A stretch of 64,000 bases of DNA. Origin: Pseudogymnoascus verrucosus (Eukaryota). The stretch lies in NCBI GenBank assembly GCA_001662655.1, contig KV460206.1, one strand, 5' to 3'. This document shows, piece after piece, positions 63,320-64,000 of the stretch; within the stretch, counting starts at the first letter, position 1, and every line of letters begins with the position of its first letter. A program made the position numbers and the translations under genes. The notes below the pieces were generated by a model. The model had not been told where the DNA came from and did no database searches. It saw only the letters and a program-made list of their open reading frames with translations.

Positions 63320-64000
63320 GTAGCTTCACTGCCGGAGGAATTGCATTTTGAGACAGAGACAACTTGAGCTGGATTGGCAGTACAGCTGTTATCTTATCTT
63401 GGGGTTATTTTGTTCCTTGAACTTCGCTCTCCTACTTGGCATACATTTAGCTTTATATATTGGTATCACGGTGCCTGATTAGTTAGTACCTGGTTGCCAG
63501 ACGCTTGCAGAGCTTCCCATATACAGTTGATCAATCTAGGCGCGATATTAAACTCAAGATGACTTAGTTCAAGAGCAGAAACGTTATCAACCAGACTCGA
63601 AGGCGTGTCAAAAATGATGGGTGGAGACAGCTCTCATCCTGCTCTCATCTTGTGACACATGCCCTACCCCCCCTCTATAAATATGCATAATACAACCGAG
63701 CGGATCCCCCCGTCTACAGTATGTCCGTCTATTTGACTTACCGTGGATGGCACTGCCTGGAATTGATTGGTTGATTGGGCCAACTACCTCCGACATATCC
63801 TTGCCCTTACCTAGTGACTTACGGGAAGTGCTCCGACTTGCTAGTCGAACTGTATGGGGTGGATCCACAGGTGAGGTTATCCGGCTCTACGGGAAGGTCA
63901 TGCTTGAATCTTTTCCTGGACAAATCCAAAAATGATGTCTTATCTTTAAAAATATGTTTTAACATTCCGCCTATAGGAAGTTTGTACGGGTATTCATGAA

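Overview
Genomic DNA from a filamentous ascomycete: short GT-AG introns with CTAAC/CTGAC branch sites, RIP-like TpA-rich relics and Pezizomycotina gene families. The species cannot be determined from this window. Three zones are visible. (1) Accessory left end, 1-6 kb: RIP-eroded repeat, MAPEG gene, F-box-like gene, and a CTP synthase copy with a frameshift and a catalytic Glu->Lys change. (2) Conserved core block, 6.3-26.7 kb: type II myosin heavy chain, Red1/ZFC3H1-like zf-C3H1 protein, RQC2/TAE2 and GYP2/MDR1 Rab-GAP, with a 358-bp hAT-type MITE between the last two. (3) Long accessory zone, 27-64 kb: ankyrin protein that looks like an internally deleted NLR, tRNA-Gly(GCC), PL9 pectate lyase, GPI protein, aspartic-protease-like membrane protein, a ~4.8-kb pseudogene with RIP-type stops and a possible P47/TULIP-like N-terminus, HET-domain gene, methyltransferase, class I glutamine amidotransferase, gag/LTR relics and a small Cys-rich secreted protein. 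The most notable structure is a ~7-kb cassette (esterase + Baeyer-Villiger monooxygenase + bZIP/DUF3425 regulator). It is bracketed by two ~170-bp direct repeats built around the 5' half of the tRNA-Gly gene found 5 kb upstream, and its divergent promoter carries a 15-bp tandem array. All family calls come from recognising motifs by eye, not from database searches.
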